Source of the DNA: Patescibacteria group bacterium
GTDB taxonomy: Bacteria; Patescibacteriota; Minisyncoccia; Minisyncoccales; PWPS01
Reading direction: 5' to 3'
NCBI GenBank assembly: GCA_051745165.1
Contig: JBNJDU010000002.1
Location: forward strand, 5,479-69,478
DNA length: 64,000 bases
The notes beneath the pieces were generated by a model. The model was not told the origin of the DNA and did no database searches. It saw only the letters and a program-made list of their open reading frames with translations. A program made the position numbers and the translations under genes. Within the stretch, counting starts at the first letter, position 1, and each line of letters opens with the position of its first letter. Below are positions 7,210-16,425 of the stretch, piece by piece.

Positions 7210-8934
7210 ATGATTTCAAATAAAAAAGCGGACAAATATTTTATGTATTGTCGTAAATCAAGTGAATCTGAGGATCGACAAATACAATCTATAGACGCAC
7301 AAAAAAGAGAGCTTAAGAAAATAGCAAAGAAGGATAATTTGAATGTAGTGGATATATTAACTGAATCAGCTTCAGCAAAGGAGCCAGGAAGACTAGTATT
7401 TAATAATATGATTAAGAGAATAGAAGATGGAGAAGTTGATGGTTTATTAGTGTGGAAAGTTAATCGATTAGCTAGAAATGCTCGTGATGGAGGAACAGTT
7501 AAGTGGCTTTTACAAGATGGAGTAATAAAGCACATAAAAACATTTTCAGGAAATCATTACCCCGAAGATAATGCTGTTGTTTTATCTGTAGAAATGGGTA
7601 TGTCTGCACAGTACTCAAGAGATTTGAGTACTGACACGAAAAGAGGTTTACGTGAAAGATATGAGAGAGGTTATCCGAACGGACAAGCTCCCATTGGCTA
7701 TAAAAATGATTTAAGTAAAAAGCCTGGTAATAGAGGATGGAAAGTTAATGAAGATCGCTTTCCTTTAGTTAAAAAGCTTTTAAAGTTGTATTTAACAGGA
7801 GATCATTCTGTTAGTAGTCTCAAAAAGATAGCCAATGATAAGTTTAATTTAACTACTCCAGAGAGAAAGAATAAAGGAGGTAAAAAGATTTCTAGATCAT
7901 ACATTCATCATATGCTACAAAATCCAGTGTATGCAGGCTTCTTTCTTGTAAACGGCAGTAAAAGATATGAGTTAAACCCTAAAGTACCTACAATGATAAC
8001 GGAAGAAGAATATAATAAAATTCAAGATATTCTAAGCGATAAAAATAGATCTAGAACTTCCAGTTTAGAAAAAAGCTTTCCTTACAAAGAAGGTGGGAGG
8101 ATGATTTGTGGTTATTGTGGAGGGGTAGTCTCTGCAGAAAGAAAAAGCCAAGTAATTTGTTCTAATTGTAATAAAAAGTTTTCCAGGATAAGTAAAGATA
8201 AGTGCCCGAGCTGTGGAACTGAAATAAGTAAAATGGAGGATCCTACCTTTTTGGATTATAAATACTATCACTGTACTAAAAATAAAGACTCAGAGTGTCC
8301 TAGTCCGTATATAAGAGAAGAAAAGATAAATGAGGAGGTGAGCACTTTCCTTAAGAATAATTTGGAGATATCCCCTTCCTTGCGTGAATGGTGTGTTAAA
8401 AATGTAAAACAACTAGAAAAGGATAAGAGGCAACGGATTAAAAAACAAAAAGATAAATGGGAGGAAGAGTTAAAAGAAAAGGAAGAAGAGTATGACCGTC
8501 TTTTAAGAATGCAATTAAAGGAAGATTTTGATATGGATAAAGAGGATTTTAATAGACTAAAAAACGAAATAAAATCAGAAAAGAATGCTGTTAAGAGTAA
8601 ACTGAAAGAGTTAGAAAGCAATTCTGATAATATAGAAAAGAAACTAAAAAAGACACTTGATATCACTACAGGAGTTTCAAATATATTTAAAAAAGGAACC
8701 AGTGAAGAAAAGAAAGAAGTTTTATCAAAAACTGCTTCGAACTTAACTGTTAAGAAGGATGAAATCCAAATTTCAAGTCAAAACCACTTCTCTATCTTAT
8801 TGGAGGCTCTTTCGGCAGTTAAAGATGAAAACCCCTCATTCGAACCCCGAAATAGTACCCCTTTTAACGGAAAAACCGAGGTTGAAGCCTCGGCTTGTCC
8901 TGTTTTGCTCCGCGGACAGGATTCGAACCTGTGA
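7210..8934 (+). CDS. Large serine recombinase (resolvase/invertase N-terminal catalytic domain YCRKSSESEDRQ, recombinase domain, Zn-ribbon, coiled-coil), i.e. a phage-type integrase
   Basis: The ORF track frame starts at 7165, but the catalytic Ser motif and spacing favour the Met at 7210. The 3' end of the ORF reads through the tRNA-Asn terminator into the tRNA gene (overlap 8908-8934). Confidence 0.85.
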   Translation: MISNKKADKYFMYCRKSSESEDRQIQSIDAQKRELKKIAKKDNLNVVDILTESASAKEPGRLVFNNMIKRIEDGEVDGLLVWKVNRLARNARDGGTVKWLLQDGVIKHIKTFSGNHYPEDNAVVLSVEMGMSAQYSRDLSTDTKRGLRERYERGYPNGQAPIGYKNDLSKKPGNRGWKVNEDRFPLVKKLLKLYLTGDHSVSSLKKIANDKFNLTTPERKNKGGKKISRSYIHHMLQNPVYAGFFLVNGSKRYELNPKVPTMITEEEYNKIQDILSDKNRSRTSSLEKSFPYKEGGRMICGYCGGVVSAERKSQVICSNCNKKFSRISKDKCPSCGTEISKMEDPTFLDYKYYHCTKNKDSECPSPYIREEKINEEVSTFLKNNLEISPSLREWCVKNVKQLEKDKRQRIKKQKDKWEEELKEKEEEYDRLLRMQLKEDFDMDKEDFNRLKNEIKSEKNAVKSKLKELESNSDNIEKKLKKTLDITTGVSNIFKKGTSEEKKEVLSKTASNLTVKKDEIQISSQNHFSILLEALSAVKDENPSFEPRNSTPFNGKTEVEASACPVLLRGQDSNL

Positions 8935-8979
8935 CATCCTCCTTAACAGGGAGGCGTTCTACCGCTGAACTACCGCGGA
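8908..8979 (-). tRNA. tRNA-Asn (anticodon GTT)
   Basis: Cloverleaf folded by hand: acceptor TCCGCGG/CCGCGGA, anticodon loop cTGTTAa, T-loop GGTTCGAATCC. No encoded CCA. A hairpin plus T-run terminator lies 3' of it. Confidence 0.85.
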
Positions 8980-9001
8980 ATATTTGGTTTTAAGCGTTAT
9001 T

Positions 9002-9029
9002 ATTTTAGCACAATAACAAATTCAGTCAA
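9002..9029 (-). promoter_or_regulatory. Sigma70-like promoter for tRNA-Asn (TTGACT-16nt-TAAAAT on the minus strand)
   Basis: -35 at 9024-9029 and -10 at 9002-9007 (reverse complement), ~22 nt upstream of the tRNA 5' end. Confidence 0.5.
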
Positions 9030-9049
9030 CTTTAATTTTTTACTAAAGA

Positions 9050-9076
9050 TATGTGTGAGAGGTTAAACCTCTCACA
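9050..9076 (-). terminator. Perfect hairpin tgtgtgagagg-ttaaa-cctctcacaca downstream of rpoD
   Basis: 11-bp perfect stem. A second inverted repeat (agttaagggtta..taaccctttaact) overlaps the rpoD stop. Confidence 0.5.
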
Positions 9077-9106
9077 CAGTAATAGTTTAAAGTTAAGGGT
9101 TAAAGC

Positions 9107-10321
9107 TTAGTAACCCTTTAACTTTTTAACGTCATCTTTATTTCTTATTTTCTCTAATGCTTTAGCTTGAATCTGTCTGATACGCTCCCTAGTAACGTCA
9201 AAAACCTGCCCTACTTCCTCTAAGGTATGAGTTACGCCGTCTTCAAGCCCAAACCTCATGGAGAGTATTTTCTTCTCTCTATCGTCCAAATCAGCCATTA
9301 CCTCGTGCAATCTTTCTTTTAATAATTTTCTTCCCGCATCCACGGATGGTGGAGTAGTTTCTTCATCTTCAATAAAGTCAGCTAATGTAGAATTATCTTC
9401 ATCATCACCAACCGGTGCTTCAAGTGAAGTTGCGGTTTGATAAATTTTTATGATGTGCCTAACTTTATCGACTTCAAGCCCCATTTCAGCAGCTACTTCT
9501 TCTGCAGAAGGTTCTCTTCCTAAAGATTGGAATAAGTCCTTTCTTACTTTTGTATACTTAGAAATCTTTTCTACCATGTGGACCGGAATTCTAACTGTTC
9601 TGGACTGATCAGCTAAAGCTCTGTTTATTGATTGTCTAATCCACCAAGTTGCATAAGTAGAAAATTTATAACCTCTTCTCCAGTCAAATTTTTCAACGGC
9701 TCTAAAGAGACCAAGATTACCTTCTTGGATTAAATCTAAAAAGCTAAGTTTTGGAGATCGTCCAATGTATTTTTTAGCAATAGAAACTACTAATCTAAGA
9801 TTAGCTCTAATCATTCTTCTTTTTGCCTCCATGTCTTCTTTTTCAATCCGTTTTGCAAGCTCTACTTCTTCTTCAGCACTAAGTAAAGGTTCTTTTGAAA
9901 TCTCTTTTAAATAAGTTTGAATAGAGTCAATCTTGTTTGGGGTTATTCCTCCCATTCCTTCTTGATCTTCATCCTCTAAAAGGCTTCTTTCTTGCTTTAC
10001 TTGTATATTGCTTTTTTCTAATCTCTTAACTACTTTTTCTAATTTTTCTGAATCTTCTTCTGCCTCCGGATAAAACTCAAAAATATCTGAGTGGTATAAA
10101 ACTCTTCCTCTGTTTCTTCCCATCTTCATTAACTCTCTCATCTTTTTAGGAAGCTTTTTCTGATTATTGGGCTTTTTCTCTTCCTCATCGTCTTCGTCGT
10201 CCTTATCTTCATCTTCTTCTTTTTCTTCCTCTTCATCTTCAGTCTCTTCTTCAGTATCTTCATCTTCATTTTCTTCCTTCTCCTCCTCTTTTTTATTTTT
10301 TTTATTTTTTTTCTTAGTCAT
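9107..10321 (-). CDS. rpoD: RNA polymerase sigma-70 factor RpoD (with acidic N-terminal extension)
   Basis: Regions 2.x-4.x are conserved ([42 protein letters not shown]). Confidence 0.9.
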   Translation of the reverse strand: MTKKKNKKNKKEEEKEENEDEDTEEETEDEEEEKEEDEDKDDEDDEEEKKPNNQKKLPKKMRELMKMGRNRGRVLYHSDIFEFYPEAEEDSEKLEKVVKRLEKSNIQVKQERSLLEDEDQEGMGGITPNKIDSIQTYLKEISKEPLLSAEEEVELAKRIEKEDMEAKRRMIRANLRLVVSIAKKYIGRSPKLSFLDLIQEGNLGLFRAVEKFDWRRGYKFSTYATWWIRQSINRALADQSRTVRIPVHMVEKISKYTKVRKDLFQSLGREPSAEEVAAEMGLEVDKVRHIIKIYQTATSLEAPVGDDEDNSTLADFIEDEETTPPSVDAGRKLLKERLHEVMADLDDREKKILSMRFGLEDGVTHTLEEVGQVFDVTRERIRQIQAKALEKIRNKDDVKKLKGY

Positions 10322-12032
10322 GACTATTTTCTTGAAGTTTTTTAGATAATTTATAAGCTTCTTGAGTTAGTTTCTTAAGCTGCTCAGTATTGTTTTGATT
10401 TTCTGCTTTTTTAATTTCCTTTTGAATTTTTTTAAGTTTAAATTTAATTTTTTCTTTTTTAATTTCTTTTAAGCAATTTTTAACTTCCTCTTTTTCATTA
10501 CCCACTCCTCTTTCTGGTCGAAGAGCAAAATAATCTATCGTCTTTTTCATTTTTTCATCTTTTTCCTCGTCATTTTTAATTGCTTGCAATATATTTTTAC
10601 CTCTTCTTGAAAATATTTCAAAGTCATCTATTAAACCTATCTTTTCTGGATCTTTAGCTACTAGCGATATAACTCTTTCTTCTAAAACTGCTTTTCTTGA
10701 TTTCTTTCTTTGCTCTCTTTTTTTATTATTTTTAGCTGTTTTTCGCTTATTTTTTTTACTTTTAATACTTTTTAATTGATCAGACACCGCCTTTTCACTA
10801 ATATCCAACTTATCCGCTAATTGCTTAACCCAGTGTGATTGCTCTATGCGGTTAGGTATTTTTTTAATTATAGGGAGAAGCTCTTTAGCAATTTTCTTTT
10901 TTTCTTTAGATTTAGACAAGTCTCTTCCAGAAAAAGCGTCTTCGAAATAAAACTTCATAATTTCTTTAGCGTTTTCAACTGCAGACTCCCATTTACTCTT
11001 GTCTTCTTTAACTAAATCAGCAGGATCCATGTCATTAGGTAAAGTAATAACCTTTACATCAAAATCAAGTTTTCTAGCCATTTCGATTCCTTTTTTAGTT
11101 GCCGAAGCCCCAGCATCATCCATGTCGAAAGCGGTAAACAAATTATGAGTATATCGAGATAATATTTTTAATTGCTGCTCTGTTAATGCAGTTCCTGAAG
11201 TAGAAATAACATTTTTAAAACCAGCCTGATGGGCCATTATAACGTCCGTATAACCCTCTACTAAAATACATTGATCTTGCCTTCTTATTTCTACCTTTGC
11301 CTTATCTAACCCATAAAGAACTTTACTTTTGTCGTATAGAGGGGTTTGAGGACTATTAATATACTTCGCTGTGTCATCATTATCACCAAAGATACGTCCT
11401 CCAAAAGCTATTGGATTTGCAGAAGGATTGTTGATGGGAAACATGATTCTTCCTCTGAATCTATCATAAGAATGATCATTTTTCTTGATTGCTAATCCAG
11501 CCTCAACAATTTCTTTTCTTTTATATCCTTTTGAAATCAAAAATTTGGAAAGAGCTTGCCAAGAATCAGGACTATATCCTAACCTCCACTTATTAATTGA
11601 CTCCTCAGAAATTCCCCGTCCAATTAAGTATTCCTTAGCTTCTTTACCTTTTTTTGAAGCTTCTAGCTGTTTTTGGAAAAACTTAGTAGCCAAATCATAC
11701 ATTTCAGAAAACTTCTGTTTTTTACTAGCCTTTTTAGGATCTCTTTTCTTTATATCAACTCCTGCTTTTTTAGCTAATATCTTCAAAGCTTCATAAAACT
11801 CAACACCTTCAATCTTCATAACAAAGTCAAACATATCTCCACCATCATTGCAACCACCAAAACATCTCCAAGACTGTCTGGAGGGAGAAACAAAAAATGA
11901 AGGCGTTTTCTCTGCATGAAAAGGACAAAGGGCTCTCAAGTTGGAGCCCACCTTCTCCAGCTCAATATATTCTTTAATAACATCCTCTATATCAAGCCGT
12001 GATTTAATCTCTTCAACTGTATCTTCGGACAT
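10314..12032 (-). CDS. dnaG: DNA primase DnaG
   Basis: Zinc-finger [20 protein letters not shown] and TOPRIM domain ([25 protein letters not shown]). Confidence 0.9.
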   Translation of the reverse strand: MSEDTVEEIKSRLDIEDVIKEYIELEKVGSNLRALCPFHAEKTPSFFVSPSRQSWRCFGGCNDGGDMFDFVMKIEGVEFYEALKILAKKAGVDIKKRDPKKASKKQKFSEMYDLATKFFQKQLEASKKGKEAKEYLIGRGISEESINKWRLGYSPDSWQALSKFLISKGYKRKEIVEAGLAIKKNDHSYDRFRGRIMFPINNPSANPIAFGGRIFGDNDDTAKYINSPQTPLYDKSKVLYGLDKAKVEIRRQDQCILVEGYTDVIMAHQAGFKNVISTSGTALTEQQLKILSRYTHNLFTAFDMDDAGASATKKGIEMARKLDFDVKVITLPNDMDPADLVKEDKSKWESAVENAKEIMKFYFEDAFSGRDLSKSKEKKKIAKELLPIIKKIPNRIEQSHWVKQLADKLDISEKAVSDQLKSIKSKKNKRKTAKNNKKREQRKKSRKAVLEERVISLVAKDPEKIGLIDDFEIFSRRGKNILQAIKNDEEKDEKMKKTIDYFALRPERGVGNEKEEVKNCLKEIKKEKIKFKLKKIQKEIKKAENQNNTEQLKKLTQEAYKLSKKLQENSHD

Positions 12033-12086
12033 ATCTTTTTTATTATAAAGAAAGTAGGTTTTTATTTCAAGCTTTAGTTAAAATGT

Positions 12087-12115
12087 TTGACAAGCAGTTC
12101 TTATTCCACTAGAAT
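12087..12115 (+). promoter_or_regulatory. Sigma70-like promoter TTGACA-17nt-TAGAAT upstream of the glycosyltransferase cluster
   Basis: Consensus -35 and near-consensus -10 with 17-nt spacing, ~100 nt upstream of the 12212 ATG. Confidence 0.55.
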
Positions 12116-12134
12116 TTTTACTACAAACATCATT

Positions 12135-12178
12135 TTTCTTAAAGCAGGGTTTCGAGTTTCTTAAAGCAGGGTTTCGAG
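12135..12178 (+). repeat. Perfect tandem duplication of 22 bp (tttcttaaagcagggtttcgag x2) in the 5' leader of the GT4 gene
   Basis: Read directly from the sequence; it lies between the promoter and the start codon. Confidence 0.85.
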
Positions 12179-12211
12179 AGGAGCCCTTTTTTAAGGAAAA
12201 ATGTAAATAAT

Positions 12212-13534
12212 ATGAAAATTTTATTTTTATACGACTTCCCTCTTTGGGGTAACGGATCAGGTGCCTATTTGAGAAGTTTGGTGAAAGAATTTGTAGACAT
12301 GGGGCACGAAGTAGGAATTATCGCTCCTGAAGAGAGAAGATTTTTAGAAAGCAAAATTAAGCAATATAAAGTAGATGCTCCTCAGATTCCGGTATTTAAT
12401 AGTCACCCGGAATTAAAAGGGGCTAAAAGATACTCTGAACTCTCTCCTAGAGAGATTACTGAAATATATGAAGCCTACCTGGAAACAACCATGGAGGCTA
12501 TCTTTAATTTTGATCCTGATGTGTTACATGTAAACCATTTGGCTCTTATCACCTGGCCAGCACGATATGTGTCAGCGCTTATGGATACAAAGTACATTAT
12601 TACTGTTCACGGAAGTTGCCTTACAAACACTTTAGAGAATAAAGAATATTTACCTTTAACCGAAGATGCGGTAAGGCAAGCAAAAGCAGTAACAATGGTA
12701 AGTAAATCTACCAAAGACAGATTTTTTGATCATTTTAATGAAGACGAAGTGACTAGATCAAGAATAATTCCTGGAGGTGTTGATATTAGCAACTTTCCAA
12801 AAGAAGTAGACACTTCTCATATTGAAGATAAATATAATTTGAAAGGTAAGAAGGTTGTCTTTTTTGCTGGCCGCCTTACTTCTGAAAAGGGAATGGAGTA
12901 TTTAGTAAAAGCCGCAGACAAAATTGATGGGGAGATATTTATTGCCGGAGAAGGAGCAATGCGGAAAGATTTAGAAAAAATGATTGCTAAAAATAATCTT
13001 GGAAATGTTCACCTTTTAGGATATTTATTAACAGAAGAACTTATTCCTTTCTATTATCGTGCCGATGTTTTTGTCTCTCCTTCAGTAGTAGCTGAGGCCT
13101 TTGGTTTAACTATAACGGAAGCAATGGCAGCTAGAACCCCAGTAATCGCAACTAAAAAGGGTGGGATTCCATTAATTGTAAAAGATGGTAAAAACGGTCT
13201 TTTTGTAAAAGCGAAAAGTGCTGACGATATAGCTAGAAAGTGTAACAAACTACTTAATGATGATGAGCTTAGAGAAAAGATGGGTAAACGAGCAAGGAAA
13301 GACATTGAAGAAAAGTTTACCTGGCGTAAAGTTGCTGAGAGATTTGAATTTTTATATAAAATAGTCACTGGTGAATACTATAAAGAAAGAAAAAGAATAA
13401 GAGAAAAGGAGAAAGAATATAAGAAAATGAAAAAGAAAGATCTAATCAAAAAGGCAAAAGAAAAAGATTTAGATTTTAAAAAGTCAGCCACCAAAAAAGA
13501 GCTAATCAAAAAGCTCATCCAAAAAATAAAATAA
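12212..13534 (+). CDS. Glycosyltransferase family 4 (GT-B fold; EAFGLTITEAMAARTPVIAT motif) with Lys-rich C-terminal tail
   Basis: Conserved GT1/GT4 C-terminal motif and overall architecture. Confidence 0.8.
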   Translation: MKILFLYDFPLWGNGSGAYLRSLVKEFVDMGHEVGIIAPEERRFLESKIKQYKVDAPQIPVFNSHPELKGAKRYSELSPREITEIYEAYLETTMEAIFNFDPDVLHVNHLALITWPARYVSALMDTKYIITVHGSCLTNTLENKEYLPLTEDAVRQAKAVTMVSKSTKDRFFDHFNEDEVTRSRIIPGGVDISNFPKEVDTSHIEDKYNLKGKKVVFFAGRLTSEKGMEYLVKAADKIDGEIFIAGEGAMRKDLEKMIAKNNLGNVHLLGYLLTEELIPFYYRADVFVSPSVVAEAFGLTITEAMAARTPVIATKKGGIPLIVKDGKNGLFVKAKSADDIARKCNKLLNDDELREKMGKRARKDIEEKFTWRKVAERFEFLYKIVTGEYYKERKRIREKEKEYKKMKKKDLIKKAKEKDLDFKKSATKKELIKKLIQKIK

Positions 13535-13538
13535 ATAT

Positions 13539-14135
13539 ATGACTATCGTCATTTTGGGGGGCGGAATTGATGACGGAAAACTCCCTGAGCAAGTAAAAAA
13601 ACGATTAGATAAAGCGATCAACGTCTCTAAAGAAAGAGGTGTTGATCGTTTTTTAGTTTGTGGTAGATGGAGCTTTCTTTTTACTGATTCGGAGACCCCT
13701 TCTACTACAGAGGCAAGACTGATGAAAAAATACTTAATAAACCAAGGGGTTAACGAGAATAATATATTTTTAGAGGAGAAATCAATGGACACGATAAGTA
13801 ACGCCTACTACGCTAAAACTGAATACTTTTTACCAGAAAAAGAAAAAGGTGCTATTGTAATTAGCTCTAATTACCATATCCCTAGAGTGAAATATATTTT
13901 CGAAAAAACATTCGGCGAAGAGTATAGCTTAGAGTTTATAGGAATTGAAACTGATAATTCTCAAAAACTACTCAAACGACAAGAAAGACTTTTAAAGGAA
14001 ATGAGAAAGTTAACTAGTGATATGAAAAATGGTGATCATGAATTTTTAAAAACTTTGTTTTTTAATGCTGATTATTATAAAAGAAAACGTCCTGCTTGGG
14101 TAAAAAACAAAACAAGCAAAGGAAAAATAAAATGA
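13539..14135 (+). CDS. DUF218/YdcF (SanA/ElyC-like) family protein
   Basis: N-terminal IVILGGGI...G motif and domain length typical of DUF218 envelope-biogenesis proteins. Confidence 0.55.
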   Translation: MTIVILGGGIDDGKLPEQVKKRLDKAINVSKERGVDRFLVCGRWSFLFTDSETPSTTEARLMKKYLINQGVNENNIFLEEKSMDTISNAYYAKTEYFLPEKEKGAIVISSNYHIPRVKYIFEKTFGEEYSLEFIGIETDNSQKLLKRQERLLKEMRKLTSDMKNGDHEFLKTLFFNADYYKRKRPAWVKNKTSKGKIK

Positions 14136-15247
14136 ATAAAAATATAAAAATTGTCTTTTACTGTAGCTGGGGTGGTTTTGGTCATGTTGCAAGAAGTTAC
14201 TCAATAATAAGCAAACTACCAAAGGAAGGTAGCTACACTGTAGCTACTCCGGAAGATTGGCCCTTTAAAAAGCCTAATAAAAACTTTAAGTATAAAAAGC
14301 TTCATAAACCAAAAAGCAGAATCAGATTAGAAGGGGAAGAGCTAATAGTCCAAGATTATGAAGAAGGCGCTCAAGATGTAAAAGGATATAAAAAACATTT
14401 ACACCAATTTATAGATCTTTTAAAACAAGAGGACCCGGACTTAGTTGTTGTTGATAATCCAGCTGAAGTTTCTTTAATTACTAAAATTTTAGGATATAAA
14501 ACTGTCGTAATGTACGAAACCTTGAACACAAATGACCTGCGCTGGAGAATGGCTTGGAAAAGTGCTGATAAATTGCTCGCCCCTTATCCTGAAGAATTTC
14601 TTAAAGAAATAGATTTTCCATACTTAGAAAATACCTATTGCTCAGGCGGCTTTACTCGATTTGAATCTAATCCAGAATCGAAAAAGATAACTCAAGAAAA
14701 AGCTAGAGAAAAGCTAAACCTTTCTTCAGAGGAAAAATATATACTTATAACTGTTGGTAAAGGAGAGACGGCTAAAAGTTTAATCAAAAAAATGCTTTCA
14801 AATTTAGCACAAGTAGACTACAAACTTTTATTAGCCTATCCTAATCCAGATCAAGAAATAAAAAATCTAGTTCAAAAATATAATAAACTAGAAGTTATTT
14901 CCGGAGTATTTGAAGAAATGTATCTTTACCTTATCAGTAGTGATATTATAGTTGCTGGAGCTGGCTATAACTCAGTTATGGAAGCTTTCTCTTTTCAAAA
15001 ACCAACTATTTCCATACCACTAAGTAATATTTATAACGAACAAATCTTCAAAGCGAAAATATTTTCTAAACTAGGTGCTTTGAGTTATGTTGATCCAGAT
15101 AACCCAGAACTAGTCTATGACAGAATAAAGGAATTAGAAAAAAAGAATAATGCAGAAGAAATGATAAAAATTCAAAAAAGAATAGTGGATGGAAGTGGAT
15201 CCAAAAGAGCTGCAGATAAATTAGTAGAACTAATAAAAAATGACTAA
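14132..15247 (+). CDS. GT-B glycosyltransferase, MurG/GT28-like (FYCSWGGFGHVARS nucleotide-sugar binding motif)
   Basis: ORF track frame. Start moved to the Met at 14132 to avoid an overlap with the upstream gene. Gly-rich N-terminal loop and C-terminal AGAGYNSVMEA motif resemble MurG-type transferases. Confidence 0.5.
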   Translation: MNKNIKIVFYCSWGGFGHVARSYSIISKLPKEGSYTVATPEDWPFKKPNKNFKYKKLHKPKSRIRLEGEELIVQDYEEGAQDVKGYKKHLHQFIDLLKQEDPDLVVVDNPAEVSLITKILGYKTVVMYETLNTNDLRWRMAWKSADKLLAPYPEEFLKEIDFPYLENTYCSGGFTRFESNPESKKITQEKAREKLNLSSEEKYILITVGKGETAKSLIKKMLSNLAQVDYKLLLAYPNPDQEIKNLVQKYNKLEVISGVFEEMYLYLISSDIIVAGAGYNSVMEAFSFQKPTISIPLSNIYNEQIFKAKIFSKLGALSYVDPDNPELVYDRIKELEKKNNAEEMIKIQKRIVDGSGSKRAADKLVELIKND

Positions 15248-16415
15248 AATAAAAAAACTAATTGCTTTTTTACTAGCTCCTATTTTTCGCCTTTTCAAGA
15301 AAAATGAAATTTGGATAATGGGCGCTTCGCAAGGAAAAAAGTTTACCGACAATGGTGCTGTTTTGTATAGATATTTACTCGAAAACAAGCCTGAAATTAA
15401 CACTTATTGGATAATAAATAAAGACTCTCCGGATTTATCTAAGGTAAAAAAGACGGGTCCTTTTGTATATAAAAACACAATCAAAGGTAATATATACGTT
15501 TTACTCGCCGACGTGCTAATAACTACTCATAATATACATAAAGATTTTTCTGCTTATTCTGTAGATAAATACAAGGACAAATTCAAAGTCTTTATTTCTC
15601 ACGGAATAGAAGGTTTAAAAATAAAAGCTCCTCACCATGCTAAAGTACATAAGATTTACGATCTATCTATTGCCGTTTCGGAATTTGAAAAAGAAATTAA
15701 AGTTAATGAGTGGGGCTTAGAAGAAGATAAAATATGTGTAACTAACCTTCCTCGCTATGATGTTTTAGATAAGCATAAAAATAAAAAAACAGAAGAAGTA
15801 AAGCAAATATTCTATATGCCAACTTGGTGTCCCGAGTATAGAAAAACTTTTGACCAAGATTATTCTGATTTAACTAATGAGCAAATAGAAGAATTTAAAA
15901 ACCGAGAATATTTTCAAAAGATTAGCACTTTTATTTCCCACCCAGAATTAGCCAAACTTTTAGAGGAAGAGGATATAAAAATGGATGTCTTTTTTCACCA
16001 AAGCATCAACCCCTTTATGAGTAAGATAATTAAACAATCCCCTTGCTCCGAAAGAGTTTCTATTTTATCAAATGGTTCTCATATACAGCAAAAACTAATT
16101 AATGCTGATATATTAATAAGCGACTATTCAAGTGTTGTTTGGGATTTTTTGTATATGAATAAACCAACTATTTTCTATCAGTTTGACCAAGAAAAACACC
16201 TGCAGACAACCGGAACTTATATCGATGTACCAGCTGATTTATTTGGACCAGTAACAAAAAGTCCTGAAGAAAATATAGAAAAAATTAAAGAAATTATAGA
16301 AGAAGATAATTATAAATCTAAAAGAAAAAAAATTAAAAATAAATTCTTTAAATATGATGATGACAACAACTGTAAACGACTGATCAATGCTATACTTGAA
16401 AAAAAGAAGAATTAA
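15240..16415 (+). CDS. CDP-glycerol glycerophosphotransferase family protein (TagB/TagF-like, PF04464-like)
   Basis: Characteristic segments WIMGASQG..FTDNGAVLYRYL, FISHGIEG, YMPTW, YSSVVWDFLYMNKPTIFY. Confidence 0.65.
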   Translation: MTKIKKLIAFLLAPIFRLFKKNEIWIMGASQGKKFTDNGAVLYRYLLENKPEINTYWIINKDSPDLSKVKKTGPFVYKNTIKGNIYVLLADVLITTHNIHKDFSAYSVDKYKDKFKVFISHGIEGLKIKAPHHAKVHKIYDLSIAVSEFEKEIKVNEWGLEEDKICVTNLPRYDVLDKHKNKKTEEVKQIFYMPTWCPEYRKTFDQDYSDLTNEQIEEFKNREYFQKISTFISHPELAKLLEEEDIKMDVFFHQSINPFMSKIIKQSPCSERVSILSNGSHIQQKLINADILISDYSSVVWDFLYMNKPTIFYQFDQEKHLQTTGTYIDVPADLFGPVTKSPEENIEKIKEIIEEDNYKSKRKKIKNKFFKYDDDNNCKRLINAILEKKKN

Positions 16416-16425
16416 TGGATTTAAA

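Larger units (their letters stand above)
370..8979. mobile_element. Candidate integrated element (prophage remnant or integrative island, ~8.6 kb) inserted at the 3' end of tRNA-Asn; serine recombinase at the tRNA-proximal end, degenerate tRNA 3'-end direct repeat at the distal end
   Basis: A recombinase gene abuts and overlaps the tRNA-Asn 3' end. Distal segment 370-410 (tgtttt-atatg-gctccgcgga-ttggataaa-attcgaac) parallels tRNA-region 8901-8928 (tgtttt-gctccgcgga-cagg-attcgaac). Cargo includes Ltp/TSR membrane protein, surface proteins, an HTH protein and a DnaD-like protein. Shared promoter motifs occur inside. Confidence 0.45.

Noticed and set aside
7203-8968. ORFs 7203..7535(-), 8065..8271(-), 8268..8666(-) and 8759..8968(+) in or near the recombinase gene
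   Set aside because: They are antisense or overlapping shadows of the serine recombinase CDS. 8759..8968 also runs through the tRNA-Asn gene.
9258-13792. Small ORFs 9258..9440, 10167..10349, 11485..11796, 13054..13368 and 13502..13792
   Set aside because: They are low-complexity (poly-Ser or poly-Phe) reverse-frame products of rpoD, dnaG and GT4, with no independent support.
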